A stretch of 64,000 nt of DNA from Rickettsia typhi (GCA_945901265.1 CAMDJZ010000003.1:8256-72255); one strand, 5' to 3'; shown: positions 1 through 10,788, counted from the stretch's first letter. Notes: generated by a model not told the origin, from the letters alone. A program made the numbers and translations.

Positions 1-324
1 ATTATTTCTAGCAGGCGTCTAGCGGATGAAATTATTGCCAATTTTATGAAGGAAAATTTTTTACAATATGGCAATTATAATATTTCAAAATTTTCTTCAG
101 CTGTAAAATTTATTATTATGGCTGAAGGTCGCGCTAATCTTTATTTGCATTTGAGAAGATCTATGGAATGGGATATTGCTTCTGGTCAAATACTTTTGGA
201 GTTGCTCGGGGGTAAGGTTAATATCGTTGAAAATATTAATGATGAATTGCATATTTCTCAACAAACATTGCTCTATGGTAAAGATGATTTTGTTAATCCA
301 TTTTTTATTGTTTCATTTTTATAA
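1..324 (+). CDS. cysQ: 3'(2'),5'-bisphosphate nucleotidase CysQ / inositol monophosphatase family, C-terminal part (5' end outside window)
   Basis: Frame 1 is open from base 1. SSAVKFIIMAEGRANLYLHLRRSMEWDIASGQILLELLGG matches the conserved CysQ/IMPase C-terminal block (KF..AEG.A.LY....EWD.A.G..IL...GG). Confidence 0.7.
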   Translation: MISSRRLADEIIANFMKENFLQYGNYNISKFSSAVKFIIMAEGRANLYLHLRRSMEWDIASGQILLELLGGKVNIVENINDELHISQQTLLYGKDDFVNPFFIVSFL

Positions 325-524
325 ATCTTTTTAAAATAAAATGATTTTTTTCTTTACATTCAACGCTAATCTTAGTAAAAGTTAGTGAAAATATTTTTAA
401 AATTTACGAATAAACAATTTTACTTTCAAATTAAAAACTAATTTAAAGTCGTAAAATGGTATATTTTTTAATTATTAATTGTTAAAAATAAAATTGTCTA
501 ATTAATTTTAAACATCAAAGCATC

Positions 525-1004
525 ATGAGTGTAGAGGTAAAAAAATTTACAACTAATTGTGAAAATAGCAATGGAGGTTCTTCCTCGGTTACTCTTTACA
601 TCGGTCATCCTTTTAAAGATTCACATCCATTGGCATTTCAAAATCGCTGGTTATCTAATCGAGGTATTTCAATACCTGAAAATGTTATGGAATCATTTTC
701 TAAATTAATGGAAATTTCTGAAAAAAATAATTTGCCTTTTAGTGATCTCGTCGAATATGTTATAAAAGAAGTTGAGCTTGGAAAATCCTTGCTGGAAGAT
801 TCCAAAAAAGCAACCGAAATTTCTAAAAACACCGATAAAAAACTTAAAGAGTCTTTCATTAAAATTGAAGTTACTGATCCTGTAGATTTGGAAAGTGATC
901 GAAATAAAGAGCAAAAATTAACTGAAAATATTGAAATAAAAGATGAAAATTTAAAAGAAAATATATCGGATAATCAATCTTCAAAAGAAGACGGCAAGAA
1001 ATAA
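525..1004 (+). CDS. Conserved hypothetical protein (N-terminal half recalls alphaproteobacterial DUF2610; C-terminal half is K/E-rich low complexity)
   Basis: 159-aa ORF upstream of ddl. The block VTLYIGHPFKDSHPLAFQNRWLSNRGISIPENVMESFSKLMEISEKNNLPFSDLVEYV resembles DUF2610 from memory only. ORFs 638..859(-) and 705..914(-) are antisense shadows. Confidence 0.5.
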   Translation: MSVEVKKFTTNCENSNGGSSSVTLYIGHPFKDSHPLAFQNRWLSNRGISIPENVMESFSKLMEISEKNNLPFSDLVEYVIKEVELGKSLLEDSKKATEISKNTDKKLKESFIKIEVTDPVDLESDRNKEQKLTENIEIKDENLKENISDNQSSKEDGKK

Positions 1005-1186
1005 CCAATAAAATAATAAAATAAAGGCGATATTAATTAATCGAAAAGTTTATTTGAAAAATTTTACAAAAGAAATAAAATACTTAATATAAATTTATAA
1101 ATAAAAATAAAGAAAATGTAGATAAATTATTTTTCTTTATTAAGAAGTATTGTTATTAACAAAAAATAAAAATATAACTAACAGTA

Positions 1187-2119
1187 ATGAAAGTAAACAA
1201 CAGTAAACATATTGCAGTTTTAATGGGAGGATGGAATTCCGAAAGGGAAGTTTCAATTGCCTCTGGAGAGTCTGTTTATCAGGCCTTGCGAAAAATGGGT
1301 TATCATGTTAGTAAGATTGATTTTTCTCGACAAATTTTCCAGCAATTGCAAGAAGTTAAGCCTGATATTATTTTTAATGCCTTGCATGGACAATTTGGTG
1401 AGGATGGAAGAATCCAAGGTTTGCTTGATATTTTGCAAATACCTTATACTCATTCAGGAGCGCTAGCCTCGACAATTTGTATGGATAAAATTTTAACTCG
1501 CAAAGTTTGTTCATCTGTTGGGGTTAGATCGCCAAAATATTCATTGCTTCGCAAAGGAGAAGATCAAAAAAATCTCGAAAAAATTTTTGAAATTGGTAAA
1601 CCATTCGTTATTAAGCCAATCAACGAAGGATCAAGTGTTGGTGTTGAAGTAATTTTACCAAATTCTAAATTAGAATTTAGTGAATTTTCTTGGGAATTTG
1701 GCAATGAAATGATCATTGAAAATTATATTGCTGGTAAAGAAATTCAAGTGGCAATAATAGATAATAAAGCTCTTGGTGCAATTGAGGTGAGACCAAAGGG
1801 ATTATTTTACGATTATAAATGCAAATATACACAAGGTATGACGGATTATATTATGCCTGCCGAAATATCTTCGGAAAAATATCATGAAGTTTTGCAATTA
1901 GCTCAAAAAGCTCATATTGCCACGAAATGTCGTGGAATTAGTCGCGTAGATTTTATTTTTAATAATAAAGATAATTGTGATCAGCAATTTTATTTACTTG
2001 AAGTAAACACTCATCCGGGATTTACAAATCTTTCATTAGTGCCAAAAATTGCCAAACATGTTGGAATATCATTTGAAGAAATTGTTGAGTTTTTAATAGC
2101 CAATGCTTGCTACGGATGA
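1187..2119 (+). CDS. ddl: D-alanine--D-alanine ligase
   Basis: 310 aa ATP-grasp protein. Motifs: IAVLMGGWNSEREVSIASG, HGQFGEDGRIQGLLDILQIPYTHSG, LLEVNTHPGFT. Sits in ddl-ftsQ-ftsA order. Confidence 0.95.
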   Translation: MKVNNSKHIAVLMGGWNSEREVSIASGESVYQALRKMGYHVSKIDFSRQIFQQLQEVKPDIIFNALHGQFGEDGRIQGLLDILQIPYTHSGALASTICMDKILTRKVCSSVGVRSPKYSLLRKGEDQKNLEKIFEIGKPFVIKPINEGSSVGVEVILPNSKLEFSEFSWEFGNEMIIENYIAGKEIQVAIIDNKALGAIEVRPKGLFYDYKCKYTQGMTDYIMPAEISSEKYHEVLQLAQKAHIATKCRGISRVDFIFNNKDNCDQQFYLLEVNTHPGFTNLSLVPKIAKHVGISFEEIVEFLIANACYG

Positions 2120-2994
2120 TTAAAATTCGCAATCTTTTTAAAAATTTTTTACTGACCAATCCGCTGTCGCGTAAATTAAAAATTTTTATCAATCAAACTC
2201 TTAGACCATTGCTAATCAAGTCTCTTGTCTTGATTGTAGGTTTTGTTATTATTGCTTTCATTTTCCTTAAAATGTTTAAGCCTGATGTCATTGAAAAAAT
2301 TTATCACAAAACAAACCTATATTTTTTACATTATCTCAATCTTGATAATTACCAATTCAAAGAAATTAAAATAAATGGCAATAAACGTGTCAGTAAAGAT
2401 GAGATAAGTAAAATTGTTAATTCTTCAAAGCAGAGAATTTTTACCGATAGCGAAGAATATCAACCGCTAATTCAAAATTTAATCGATGAAATAAAATCAC
2501 AACTTTTATGGATTAATAAAATTACTATTTCACGCAATATGCCCAATATTCTTCATATTACAATTGAGGAGTATGAGCCATTTGCAATTTGGTATAGTGA
2601 AGATAAAAAATTTATTATCGATAAGGATGGTAATCCCGTTGCCTATGATGAAAAAATTGGCGATGAAGAAGAGTTTAAGCATATGATTATTTTATCAGGA
2701 AGAAGTGCCAATAACCACGCTAAAGCATTGTTTAATATTTTTGCAATTAATCCAAAATTGAGTGAAAAAATATATTCAGCAACTTGGGTTGGAGATCGCA
2801 GATGGAATATTCGTTTCGATAATGATCTTTTGGTAAAGCTTCCAGAAGACAATATTTACAATGCTTGGCAAAAGTTAATTAAGATTTATGATCAAGGTCA
2901 AATCAATGATTTGCGAGTAATTGATTTAAGAATTGATGATAAAATTTATATCGAATATAATGATGCCATTGCTAAAGAATTAAAATCAATTTAA
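2116..2994 (+). CDS. ftsQ: Cell division protein FtsQ
   Basis: The ATG at 2116 overlaps the ddl stop (ATGA); the ORF track starts at a TTG at 2107. One N-terminal TM helix (LLIKSLVLIVGFVIIAFIFL), a POTRA-like IKINGNKRVSKDEI segment, and position between ddl and ftsA. Confidence 0.85.
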   Translation: MIKIRNLFKNFLLTNPLSRKLKIFINQTLRPLLIKSLVLIVGFVIIAFIFLKMFKPDVIEKIYHKTNLYFLHYLNLDNYQFKEIKINGNKRVSKDEISKIVNSSKQRIFTDSEEYQPLIQNLIDEIKSQLLWINKITISRNMPNILHITIEEYEPFAIWYSEDKKFIIDKDGNPVAYDEKIGDEEEFKHMIILSGRSANNHAKALFNIFAINPKLSEKIYSATWVGDRRWNIRFDNDLLVKLPEDNIYNAWQKLIKIYDQGQINDLRVIDLRIDDKIYIEYNDAIAKELKSI

Positions 2995-3253
2995 GCTATA
3001 AATTTGATCAATAAAATAATAAAAATATTTTAAATGATTGAATTAAAAGCTAAGAATTAATTTTATTAATTGATGTGATTTCAATATTATTTTTTTTAAA
3101 TTTACAAGCCAATTTAATTAAAAAAAATTTCTAGAATTATTTTTATTTACAAATAAAAGTTGCAATCTTTTTTTAATTAAAAGATAACGGCTTTTAAGTT
3201 TAAATTTTTAATTAATTAAATTTTATTAACTGGAATACCCATAAAATTTTTTC

Positions 3254-4495
3254 ATGTCGAAAAATTCAAAAAAAGGAAAAATTGTTTCTTGCCTAGATAT
3301 GGGCTCCTCTAAGTTGATTTGCATCATCGCTTCGTTACATAATGAGCATATCGAAATTTTAGGTTATGGTCATAAGGAGTCACGTGGAATCAACGCTAGC
3401 GCTATTTCAGACATGCGTATAGCGCAAAAAGCTATTAATAGCGTTATTGCCGAAGCAGAAAGAATGGCTGGCTTTAATATTGCAAAATTATTAATTGGTA
3501 TTTCGGGTTGTCAAGTTGTTTCCAATCGAAAAGAAGTAGGCTGTAAGATAAGTTCCGATGTTGTTAAAGATATTGATATTGAAAACATAGCCAGTAAAAT
3601 TCGTAATGAATTTAAAAAGAATAATCGTGAAATTATTCATTTAATTCCCATTCAATATCGCATTGATGATTCTAGTATAGTTGCCAATCCTCGCTTTATG
3701 TCGGGCGATAACCTTTATGCAAGATTTCATGTAATTTCTACATCTCAAACTACTATTCGTAACATTGAAAATTGTTTTAAGCGCTGCCAAGTTTCAGTTA
3801 ATAATTATATGGTTGAGCCTTATGCTTCAGCACTTTCCTGTCTTTCACAAAATGAAATGGAATTGGGAACCTTACTGATAGATATCGGTGGAAGCTCAAC
3901 TTCTTACTGCATTATTGCTGATGAAAAATTAGTATTTGTTGGAAGTTCGCCAATTGGCGGTGATCTTATTACCAAGGATATTGCAACAATTCTGGGTATA
4001 AATTTTCATCTTGCTGAAAAAATAAAAAATCTGAATGGTTCGCTTTTTGTTTCGCCACTTGAAGAGCGCGAAATTATAAAATATCGCCTTCAAGATTCTG
4101 CATCATCCGAATCATCAATGATTCGAATTACTCGTTTAGAATTGCGCGATATAATTCAATCGCGTTTAGAAGAGTTGTTTGAAACTGTTAAGGTTTCACT
4201 AGAAAAATCACGTATCTCATATTCACTTATGCCAAATATCGTAATTACGGGTGGAGTTGCTTCAATTCTTGGTATTGATAAATTAGTTTCGGAAATTTTT
4301 AATAAAAATGCTAAAATTGGTTATCCTACAAAATTTACCAACGCTCCTCCTGAAATCGTTAACCCAACAAACTCATGCGCTCTTGGCATGTTAGTTTTTT
4401 TGCGTAATATTTATCTTAAAGAAAAAAATAAAGAAGGATTCGAAAGCAAGGGTAGCTGGTTTAAGAGATTAATGGATAAGCTTGTTGCTGTTTAA
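3254..4495 (+). CDS. ftsA: Cell division protein FtsA (actin-like ATPase)
   Basis: 413 aa. Motifs: LDMGSSKLICII, LIDIGGSSTSY, ITGGVASILG. dcw context. Confidence 0.93.
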   Translation: MSKNSKKGKIVSCLDMGSSKLICIIASLHNEHIEILGYGHKESRGINASAISDMRIAQKAINSVIAEAERMAGFNIAKLLIGISGCQVVSNRKEVGCKISSDVVKDIDIENIASKIRNEFKKNNREIIHLIPIQYRIDDSSIVANPRFMSGDNLYARFHVISTSQTTIRNIENCFKRCQVSVNNYMVEPYASALSCLSQNEMELGTLLIDIGGSSTSYCIIADEKLVFVGSSPIGGDLITKDIATILGINFHLAEKIKNLNGSLFVSPLEEREIIKYRLQDSASSESSMIRITRLELRDIIQSRLEELFETVKVSLEKSRISYSLMPNIVITGGVASILGIDKLVSEIFNKNAKIGYPTKFTNAPPEIVNPTNSCALGMLVFLRNIYLKEKNKEGFESKGSWFKRLMDKLVAV

Positions 4496-5086
4496 AACTA
4501 TTTTATAACAAATTTACAAATCTAAAAAACCTTCGAGTAATTACCCCGATTAATTACACACGTCTTGAGGACTTGTCAGCACTACTTAAAAATCAAGAAA
4601 TTGGATTTTTATAAAAAATTTAATTTAAAAAATCTTCGTCTTTTAAAGAGGTAAAAAATCTCTAGCCTTCTAACCCAGCATCAGCTCCTTAAAACTTTAT
4701 TTGCGTAAAGGCTTGTTCGTCGAACTCATCACCCCAAGACATGAGTTGGGTGCTTGAAGGTTTTTCAAATTTTAAATTATTCTTTAGTTAAAAGATTTTC
4801 AAATTGATTTATATGGAGATCTCTAATACTGAATGCGAGATAATCAGATATTGGGTGTGTCATGCCAACCCTGCATATTTTTTTTAAAAAGTTAGCGTAT
4901 CAAACATTTGACCGTGATTTATTAATGCGTTAATCATAAATGATTAATTTGATGAGTGATGTTTATATATAATATATTCTATTAAAACTATTTAATTAAA
5001 ACAAAATATATTTTATATTTAGAAATAAAATAAACTATGTCAATAATTTATTTTTAATTTTTAAAGAATTTATTTGATTAAAATTG

Positions 5087-5635
5087 CTATAATTCTCTAG
5101 ACCCACCTTTGTTTTTAGATTTTGATAAAAATGATTTTGATTTGTTTTCTTTGGGATCGTGATTACCTTGATGCGCTTCTTGTTGTTTTTTTTTGCGTTT
5201 TTTATCCCAAATCATCGATGCTTTATCATCAAGATCCTGAGGTTTAATTTCAGACATTTCTTCTATTTCTTTACCTCTATCATCCCAAACATCTTCATCA
5301 GATGTGATAAATGTTTTAGGTAATTCTGTTCCACCAGTTTCGCGATCAAGATTGCGTTGCTGATTGGCCAAGTAGCTATCTGGATTGGCCATTATTAGAT
5401 CGTCGATAATTTTTTTAACCTTTGGTTGCTCCAAGGCTTTCTTATTTTTTTTGCGCATTTTTTTGCCATCAATCATGATAAAATCTTGATCATTATCATC
5501 TACCTCTTCATAGTCATCAATGTTAAATCCTTCAATATCTTGTTTATAATTCTCGTCATTTTTAATTTTTTCTTTATCTTTTTTTGATAAAAATAATTTC
5601 TCAAAGATGCTTCTTTTACGGTTAATTTCACTCAT
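5087..5635 (-). CDS. Hypothetical highly charged protein
   Basis: 182 aa, K/D/E-rich. Its ATG overlaps the mfd stop by 8 nt (ATGAGTGA), suggesting translational coupling. No family recognised. Confidence 0.5.
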   Translation of the reverse strand: MSEINRKRSIFEKLFLSKKDKEKIKNDENYKQDIEGFNIDDYEEVDDNDQDFIMIDGKKMRKKNKKALEQPKVKKIIDDLIMANPDSYLANQQRNLDRETGGTELPKTFITSDEDVWDDRGKEIEEMSEIKPQDLDDKASMIWDKKRKKKQQEAHQGNHDPKENKSKSFLSKSKNKGGSREL

Positions 5636-8600
5636 ATAATTTTGTTAATTTAGCAATTATTTCTTGACTTTTTGTTATTCTTTCTTGGCTAGATTCTGAA
5701 ATTTTAAAACTAAAATGCAATTTTTGTTGAGAGGTAATTTTAATTTCATTTTTGCTTTTTAAAACCATATCTAAAATAGCATTGGCAAAATTAGAATTGG
5801 CATTGCTAAAATTATTATTTTTAAAAGCAACTATAATGCCATTATTACCAACTTCTAAACTCTCAATACCAAGCTCTTGACATGAATTTTTAATTTGTGA
5901 TACTGCAAAAAGATTGTAAACTTCTTGGGGAATTTTGCCAAAACGATCTGTCATTTCATTGATTAAATTTTCCCGATCTTGATCGGTAATAATGTTGGAA
6001 ATTTTTTTATAAAAACTCATGCGCAAAGAGAGTTCAGCAATGTAATCTTGAGGAATTAAAAGTGAAATTCCCATCTTTAAAAAAACTATATTTTCTTGAT
6101 TTGAATCTTGCGAATCCTTAGTAAAATCTTGATTATTTTTTAATTCTTCAATTGCTTGCGAAAGCATTTGCTGATATAATTCAACGCCAGTATCTCTGAT
6201 ATGACCCGATTGTTCGTCACTAAGTAAATTTCCACTACCACGAATATCCATATCATGAGTTGCTACAGTAAAGCCAATTCCCAGCGCATCAAGATTTTGC
6301 ATTACATCTAATTTTCTCTTAGCTTCTGCAGAAATTTTTTTACGATGATTAAGCATGAAATAACAATATCCGCGCAATTTTCCTCTGCCAACTCGACCAC
6401 GTAACTGATAAAGTTGTGCTAAGCCAAACATTTCAGCTTTGTAAATAATCATGGTGTTAGCGCTTGAAATATCAATACCTGATTCGATTATTGTTGTTGA
6501 AATTAGTAAATCAAATTTACCGTCAACAAAATCATTCATGATACTATCCAATTGAGTTGGTGTCATTTGGCCGTGAGCTTGAGCAATTTTAATTTCGGGT
6601 AGTAAATTTTTTAGACGATTAAACATTTCTTCAATATCGAAAACGCGCGGTACTACGAAAAAAACTTTTCCACCGCGATTAAATTCACGCATTACCGCTT
6701 CATAGACGATGGTATTGTCAAAAGGCATTACAAAATTGCGAACTGCAAGACGATCAAGGGGAGGAGTGGCAATTAAACTTAAATCCTTAACTTGCGATAG
6801 AGACATTTGCAATGTTCGGGGAATTGGCGTTGCCGAAAGAGATAATATGTGAGCTTCGCTACGCAATTGTTTTAAAAATTCTTTTTGCTTTACACCAAAA
6901 TGCTGCTCTTCGTCAATAATTACTAAACCTAAATTAGCAAATTTAATATTTTTTTGCAAGAGAGCGTGAGTGCCAATAATGATTTGCGCTTCATGGGAAG
7001 CTATTTGTTGATGAATATTTTTATTAGCACTTTGGCTATTTAGGCGAGATAATTGAACAATTTTTATATCAGTTTGTGAAAATCTTTGCAAAAAATTTTT
7101 GTAATGTTGACGACATAAAAGTGTTGTTGGAGTAACGATAGCAACTTGAGCAAAATTGCAAACTATTGCACTGGCTCGCATCGCAACTTCTGTCTTGCCA
7201 AAACCAACATCGCCACAAATTAAACGATCCATTGGTATTCCATTGCGCAAATCATTTTCAACATCCTCAATTGCGCTAAGTTGATCTGGGGTTTCAATGA
7301 ATCCAAATTGATTTTTAAATTCATCATAAAAATGACTATCTGCGACAAAAATCGGCGATGTTTTTAATTTACGTTCACCAGCTACTTTGAGAAGTTCTTG
7401 TGCGGTCATTTTTATTCTTTGGCGAACTTTAGCTCGGCGATTTTGCCAATTACCAGCGCCTAACTTGTCAAGTTGTACCAAAGGATTTTCTGCGCCGTAA
7501 CGCGTGATAAGATTGATATCGTCGACACAAACAAAAAGATTATCGCCACCTGCATAGCTAATCTTGATCATTTCAACATTGATGTTATTGGCTTTAATTG
7601 TTTGTAAACCTTCGAATCGTCCAATACCGTGATGACGATGAACTACCAACTCGCCTTGCGCAATACTCAAACCTTCTTCTAAAATCCGCAGTGAAGCTAA
7701 TTTATTATTTTTCTTGCGGGTAATTTTTTCGCCAAAAATAGCTTGTTCGCCGATAAAAATTAAATCACTAGTGATAAATCCAAAATGAGTTGGAAGTATG
7801 AAAACATTGGCTCTGTGTCCTTTATTTTTAACTTCTAAATAATTTTCAACAATATTGCAAGCGATTCCGTAATCATGGAAAATATTTATAACCCGATCTT
7901 TAAAACCTTCACTTAAACAAGCAAAAGCAACTTTTTTGTGATTATTGTTTAAAACAAAATCTTTGAATAATTCAATTGGATCTTGTTTATTAGCTCTTCC
8001 AGCAAGAGCAAAATCAGGAATTGAGTTAATTTCTAAATCTATTATTCTCTTAGAATTATTATTGAAATCAAATGGTTTAAACTCAATATTAACTGTTCTT
8101 AACAAAAGTTCTGTAAATTCAACAGAAGTAAAGAAAAGTAGCTGAGGATCAATTGGATTATAAATATTTGAATCTTTAAGTGTTTTTTCACTTAAACGAG
8201 TTTGATAATATTTTATAATTAACTCATGACGTTCGAGGCTTTGATGAATAATATTTTCACTAAAAAAACTGCAAGGTTGATGAAGATATTCAAAAATACT
8301 AACCAATGGCATCTCGTAAAAAAACGGCAACCAATGCTCCATTCCTTGATAAGATCTACCTTCTGAAATTGCTTGATACATTTGATCTTCCAGGGAATTT
8401 CCAAAAAAATTACGATAATTTTTGCGGAAATTTTCAATAGTTTTTTGTTGTAAAATTACCTCACTGGCTGGTAAAATTTCAATGCTTTTAACCGTATCTG
8501 AGCTGATTTGAGTTACTGGATCAAAGATTTTAATTTGTTCCAATTCATTGCCAAAAAAATCAAGACGGTAACCAATTAAATCGAAAGCTTGTTGTAAAAC

Positions 8601-9131
8601 AATATCGATTATACCACCGCGCACCGCAAATTCAGTGACATTATTTGCACAATCATTTCGTGAATAGCCTTTGGCAATAAGAAAATCAACGATTTCTGGC
8701 AATGAAATTTTACTACCAACGCTAAGAAACAAGCCGTAATTTTTAATTGAACTTGGCGCTAATAATTTTTGCATAACAGCATTAAGCGAAGTAATAATAA
8801 TAAATTTTTGAGAGGAATTTCTAGTGCTTAAGCGATAAAGAGTTTTAAGACGATTGCTTGAAATTAAAGCCTTTGGCGATGATCTATCGTAAGGGATGCA
8901 ATCCCAAGCTGGAAAATTTAAAATACAAAATTCATCACTAATTTGCGGAGCAAAAAATCGTAACTGCTCATTAATTAAATTCATTTCATTGTCATCTTTG
9001 GCAATAAAAATTAAATCAGAATTATTGAAGTTACTGGCAATTTGACTAAATAAAAAACCAATTGCATCTTGAGGAATTTTTTTGAGAACCGTTGATTCTC
9101 TGATTTGTTTTAGTTTAACTGAGTAATCCAT
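5628..9131 (-). CDS. mfd: Transcription-repair coupling factor Mfd
   Basis: 1167 aa. CarD/TRCF-like segment (VVHRHHGIGRFEGL), SF2 helicase motifs GDVGFGKTEVA, IIDEEQHFGV, SATPIPRTL, QLRGRVGR. Confidence 0.95.
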   Translation of the reverse strand: MDYSVKLKQIRESTVLKKIPQDAIGFLFSQIASNFNNSDLIFIAKDDNEMNLINEQLRFFAPQISDEFCILNFPAWDCIPYDRSSPKALISSNRLKTLYRLSTRNSSQKFIIITSLNAVMQKLLAPSSIKNYGLFLSVGSKISLPEIVDFLIAKGYSRNDCANNVTEFAVRGGIIDIVLQQAFDLIGYRLDFFGNELEQIKIFDPVTQISSDTVKSIEILPASEVILQQKTIENFRKNYRNFFGNSLEDQMYQAISEGRSYQGMEHWLPFFYEMPLVSIFEYLHQPCSFFSENIIHQSLERHELIIKYYQTRLSEKTLKDSNIYNPIDPQLLFFTSVEFTELLLRTVNIEFKPFDFNNNSKRIIDLEINSIPDFALAGRANKQDPIELFKDFVLNNNHKKVAFACLSEGFKDRVINIFHDYGIACNIVENYLEVKNKGHRANVFILPTHFGFITSDLIFIGEQAIFGEKITRKKNNKLASLRILEEGLSIAQGELVVHRHHGIGRFEGLQTIKANNINVEMIKISYAGGDNLFVCVDDINLITRYGAENPLVQLDKLGAGNWQNRRAKVRQRIKMTAQELLKVAGERKLKTSPIFVADSHFYDEFKNQFGFIETPDQLSAIEDVENDLRNGIPMDRLICGDVGFGKTEVAMRASAIVCNFAQVAIVTPTTLLCRQHYKNFLQRFSQTDIKIVQLSRLNSQSANKNIHQQIASHEAQIIIGTHALLQKNIKFANLGLVIIDEEQHFGVKQKEFLKQLRSEAHILSLSATPIPRTLQMSLSQVKDLSLIATPPLDRLAVRNFVMPFDNTIVYEAVMREFNRGGKVFFVVPRVFDIEEMFNRLKNLLPEIKIAQAHGQMTPTQLDSIMNDFVDGKFDLLISTTIIESGIDISSANTMIIYKAEMFGLAQLYQLRGRVGRGKLRGYCYFMLNHRKKISAEAKRKLDVMQNLDALGIGFTVATHDMDIRGSGNLLSDEQSGHIRDTGVELYQQMLSQAIEELKNNQDFTKDSQDSNQENIVFLKMGISLLIPQDYIAELSLRMSFYKKISNIITDQDRENLINEMTDRFGKIPQEVYNLFAVSQIKNSCQELGIESLEVGNNGIIVAFKNNNFSNANSNFANAILDMVLKSKNEIKITSQQKLHFSFKISESSQERITKSQEIIAKLTKLYE

Positions 9132-9333
9132 TTTATAAAAATTTGATCATTTGTGAAATCAATAATATTTTAATTTTAAAATAACTATTTGATTTTAAAA
9201 GCGAAGACCCCATTTAATCAAGTAAATGAAGTTTGTAAAGTTTTAATCTATCTGAAAATTTAATCGTAATATTTAAAAAACGTAAACAGTATTATATCAT
9301 TTTAAAAAAATAAATTATTTATTTAAAATGATT

Positions 9334-10779
9334 TTAATCATGTAATTTATCATTACTGCTAATTTTGGGTAAGCTTTTAAAGGCCTGCAAAGCAAGGTTT
9401 CGTGACATGTTAAGATCAACTATAGGCAATGGGTAATTTTTGCCAAGCTCAATGTTTGCTTGCTGTAAAATTTCCTTGCTGGCAAGCCATGGCGTAAATA
9501 AAAATTTATCAGGAATATTTTTTAGCTCTGGAATAAAATGTCGAGTATATTCCCCAGTGCTATCGAATTTTTCACCCTGCAAAACTGGATTAAAAATTCG
9601 AAAATATGGTGCAGCATCAGCTCCACTTCCTGCGACCCATTGCCAACTGGCGCAATTACTGGCGAGATTAGCATCAACTAAACAATCAAAAAACCATTCC
9701 TCACCTTTACGCCAATCGATTAATAAATTTTTTACTAAAAAAGAACCAACAATCATGCGAACTCGATTATGCATGTAACCAGTTTGCCATAATTCTCGCA
9801 TTCCAGCATCAACGATTGGATAACCTGTTTTGCCTTTTTGCCAAGCTTCAAGAAAATCTTGATTTTCCTGAAATTGAAAATGATCGAATCGCGGCTGGAA
9901 ATTTTTATAGGTTATTTGTGGAAAATGAAAAAGTAAGTAATTTGAAAATTCACGCCATCCAAGTTCGCTTAAAAAACAATCGAGATTTTTATCGCTAAGT
10001 TTATCACCAAAATGGGTAGTAGCATAATACCAAATTTGATTTGCAGAAATTTCGCCAAAATGTAAATGTGGTGAAAGTTGTGAAACTTTTTTTTGAGTAG
10101 GAAAATTCCTTCCTTCCTTGTAATCACTTAAGGCAGAACTAACGAAATTGCGCAATTTTTGTTGAGCTGAATCTTCGCCAATTTGCCAATATTGACTCAT
10201 AATTTTATCCCATTTGATCTTGGATAATAATTTTAAATCATTTAACGCTAAAGATTTAGCCTCTTTAATATTATTAATTTTTTTGGGTTTTTGTTCAGGA
10301 AATCGAGGAGCAGGTTTCTTTAGACAACCATTGCGGTAGTAGTGTGTAAAGACTTTATAAGGTTTTAAATCGCTTTTTAAAATTTCAAAAGGTTCCCATA
10401 AAAGTGAGCCATTAAAACTTTTAACTTCAAGATTTTGTTCTTTAAAAAAATTTTTAATTTTACTGTCTTGAGTAATTCTTGATGGTTCATAACATCGATT
10501 CCAAGTAATAGTTTGGATTTGATTATTCTTAATAATTTCTGTTAAAATATGTTGAGAATCACCATAATAAAAATTTAATTTATTTTGCAGTTTTAAATTA
10601 AGATTATCTAAACTGTGATGAAGCCACCACTTGCTAGCTTGACCTATTTTGCGATGATTTTCTTCGTCTAAAATATAAGCAATAATAACTTGATCGCTAT
10701 TATTTACGGCATAATTTAGGGCAGGGTTATCGCTGAGCCTCAAGTCGTTTCTAAGCCATAGCAAAGTTTTTTTTATCAT
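9334..10779 (-). CDS. phrB: Deoxyribodipyrimidine photolyase (class I CPD type)
   Basis: 481 aa. LLWLRNDLRLSDNPAL N-terminus and FAD-binding block TGYPIVDAGMRELWQTGYMHNRVRMIVGSFL...SWQWVAGSGADAAPYFRIFNP. Confidence 0.93.
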   Translation of the reverse strand: MIKKTLLWLRNDLRLSDNPALNYAVNNSDQVIIAYILDEENHRKIGQASKWWLHHSLDNLNLKLQNKLNFYYGDSQHILTEIIKNNQIQTITWNRCYEPSRITQDSKIKNFFKEQNLEVKSFNGSLLWEPFEILKSDLKPYKVFTHYYRNGCLKKPAPRFPEQKPKKINNIKEAKSLALNDLKLLSKIKWDKIMSQYWQIGEDSAQQKLRNFVSSALSDYKEGRNFPTQKKVSQLSPHLHFGEISANQIWYYATTHFGDKLSDKNLDCFLSELGWREFSNYLLFHFPQITYKNFQPRFDHFQFQENQDFLEAWQKGKTGYPIVDAGMRELWQTGYMHNRVRMIVGSFLVKNLLIDWRKGEEWFFDCLVDANLASNCASWQWVAGSGADAAPYFRIFNPVLQGEKFDSTGEYTRHFIPELKNIPDKFLFTPWLASKEILQQANIELGKNYPLPIVDLNMSRNLALQAFKSLPKISSNDKLHD

Positions 10780-10788
10780 AATTAATTT

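Noticed and set aside
4930-4947. Perfect palindrome TTAATCAT-AA-ATGATTAA in the ftsA-downstream spacer
   Set aside because: An 8-bp, almost entirely A/T inverted repeat (one G:C pair per arm) is expected by chance in spacers this AT-rich. It sits downstream of both convergent genes, so an operator role is unlikely.
7945-10000. Short internal or antisense ORFs in mfd and the photolyase gene (7945..8145+, 8219..8437-, 9440..9778+, 9816..9998+). The same reasoning covers similar ORFs elsewhere: 1253..1453, 2643..2852, 13698..14384, 14974..15216, 18513..18755, 23188..23451, 24130..24420, 26205..26477, 29260..29749, 34408..34666, 55743..56006 and others.
   Set aside because: Each lies inside a longer ORF with strong family motifs on the same or opposite strand, and none has recognisable similarity of its own.
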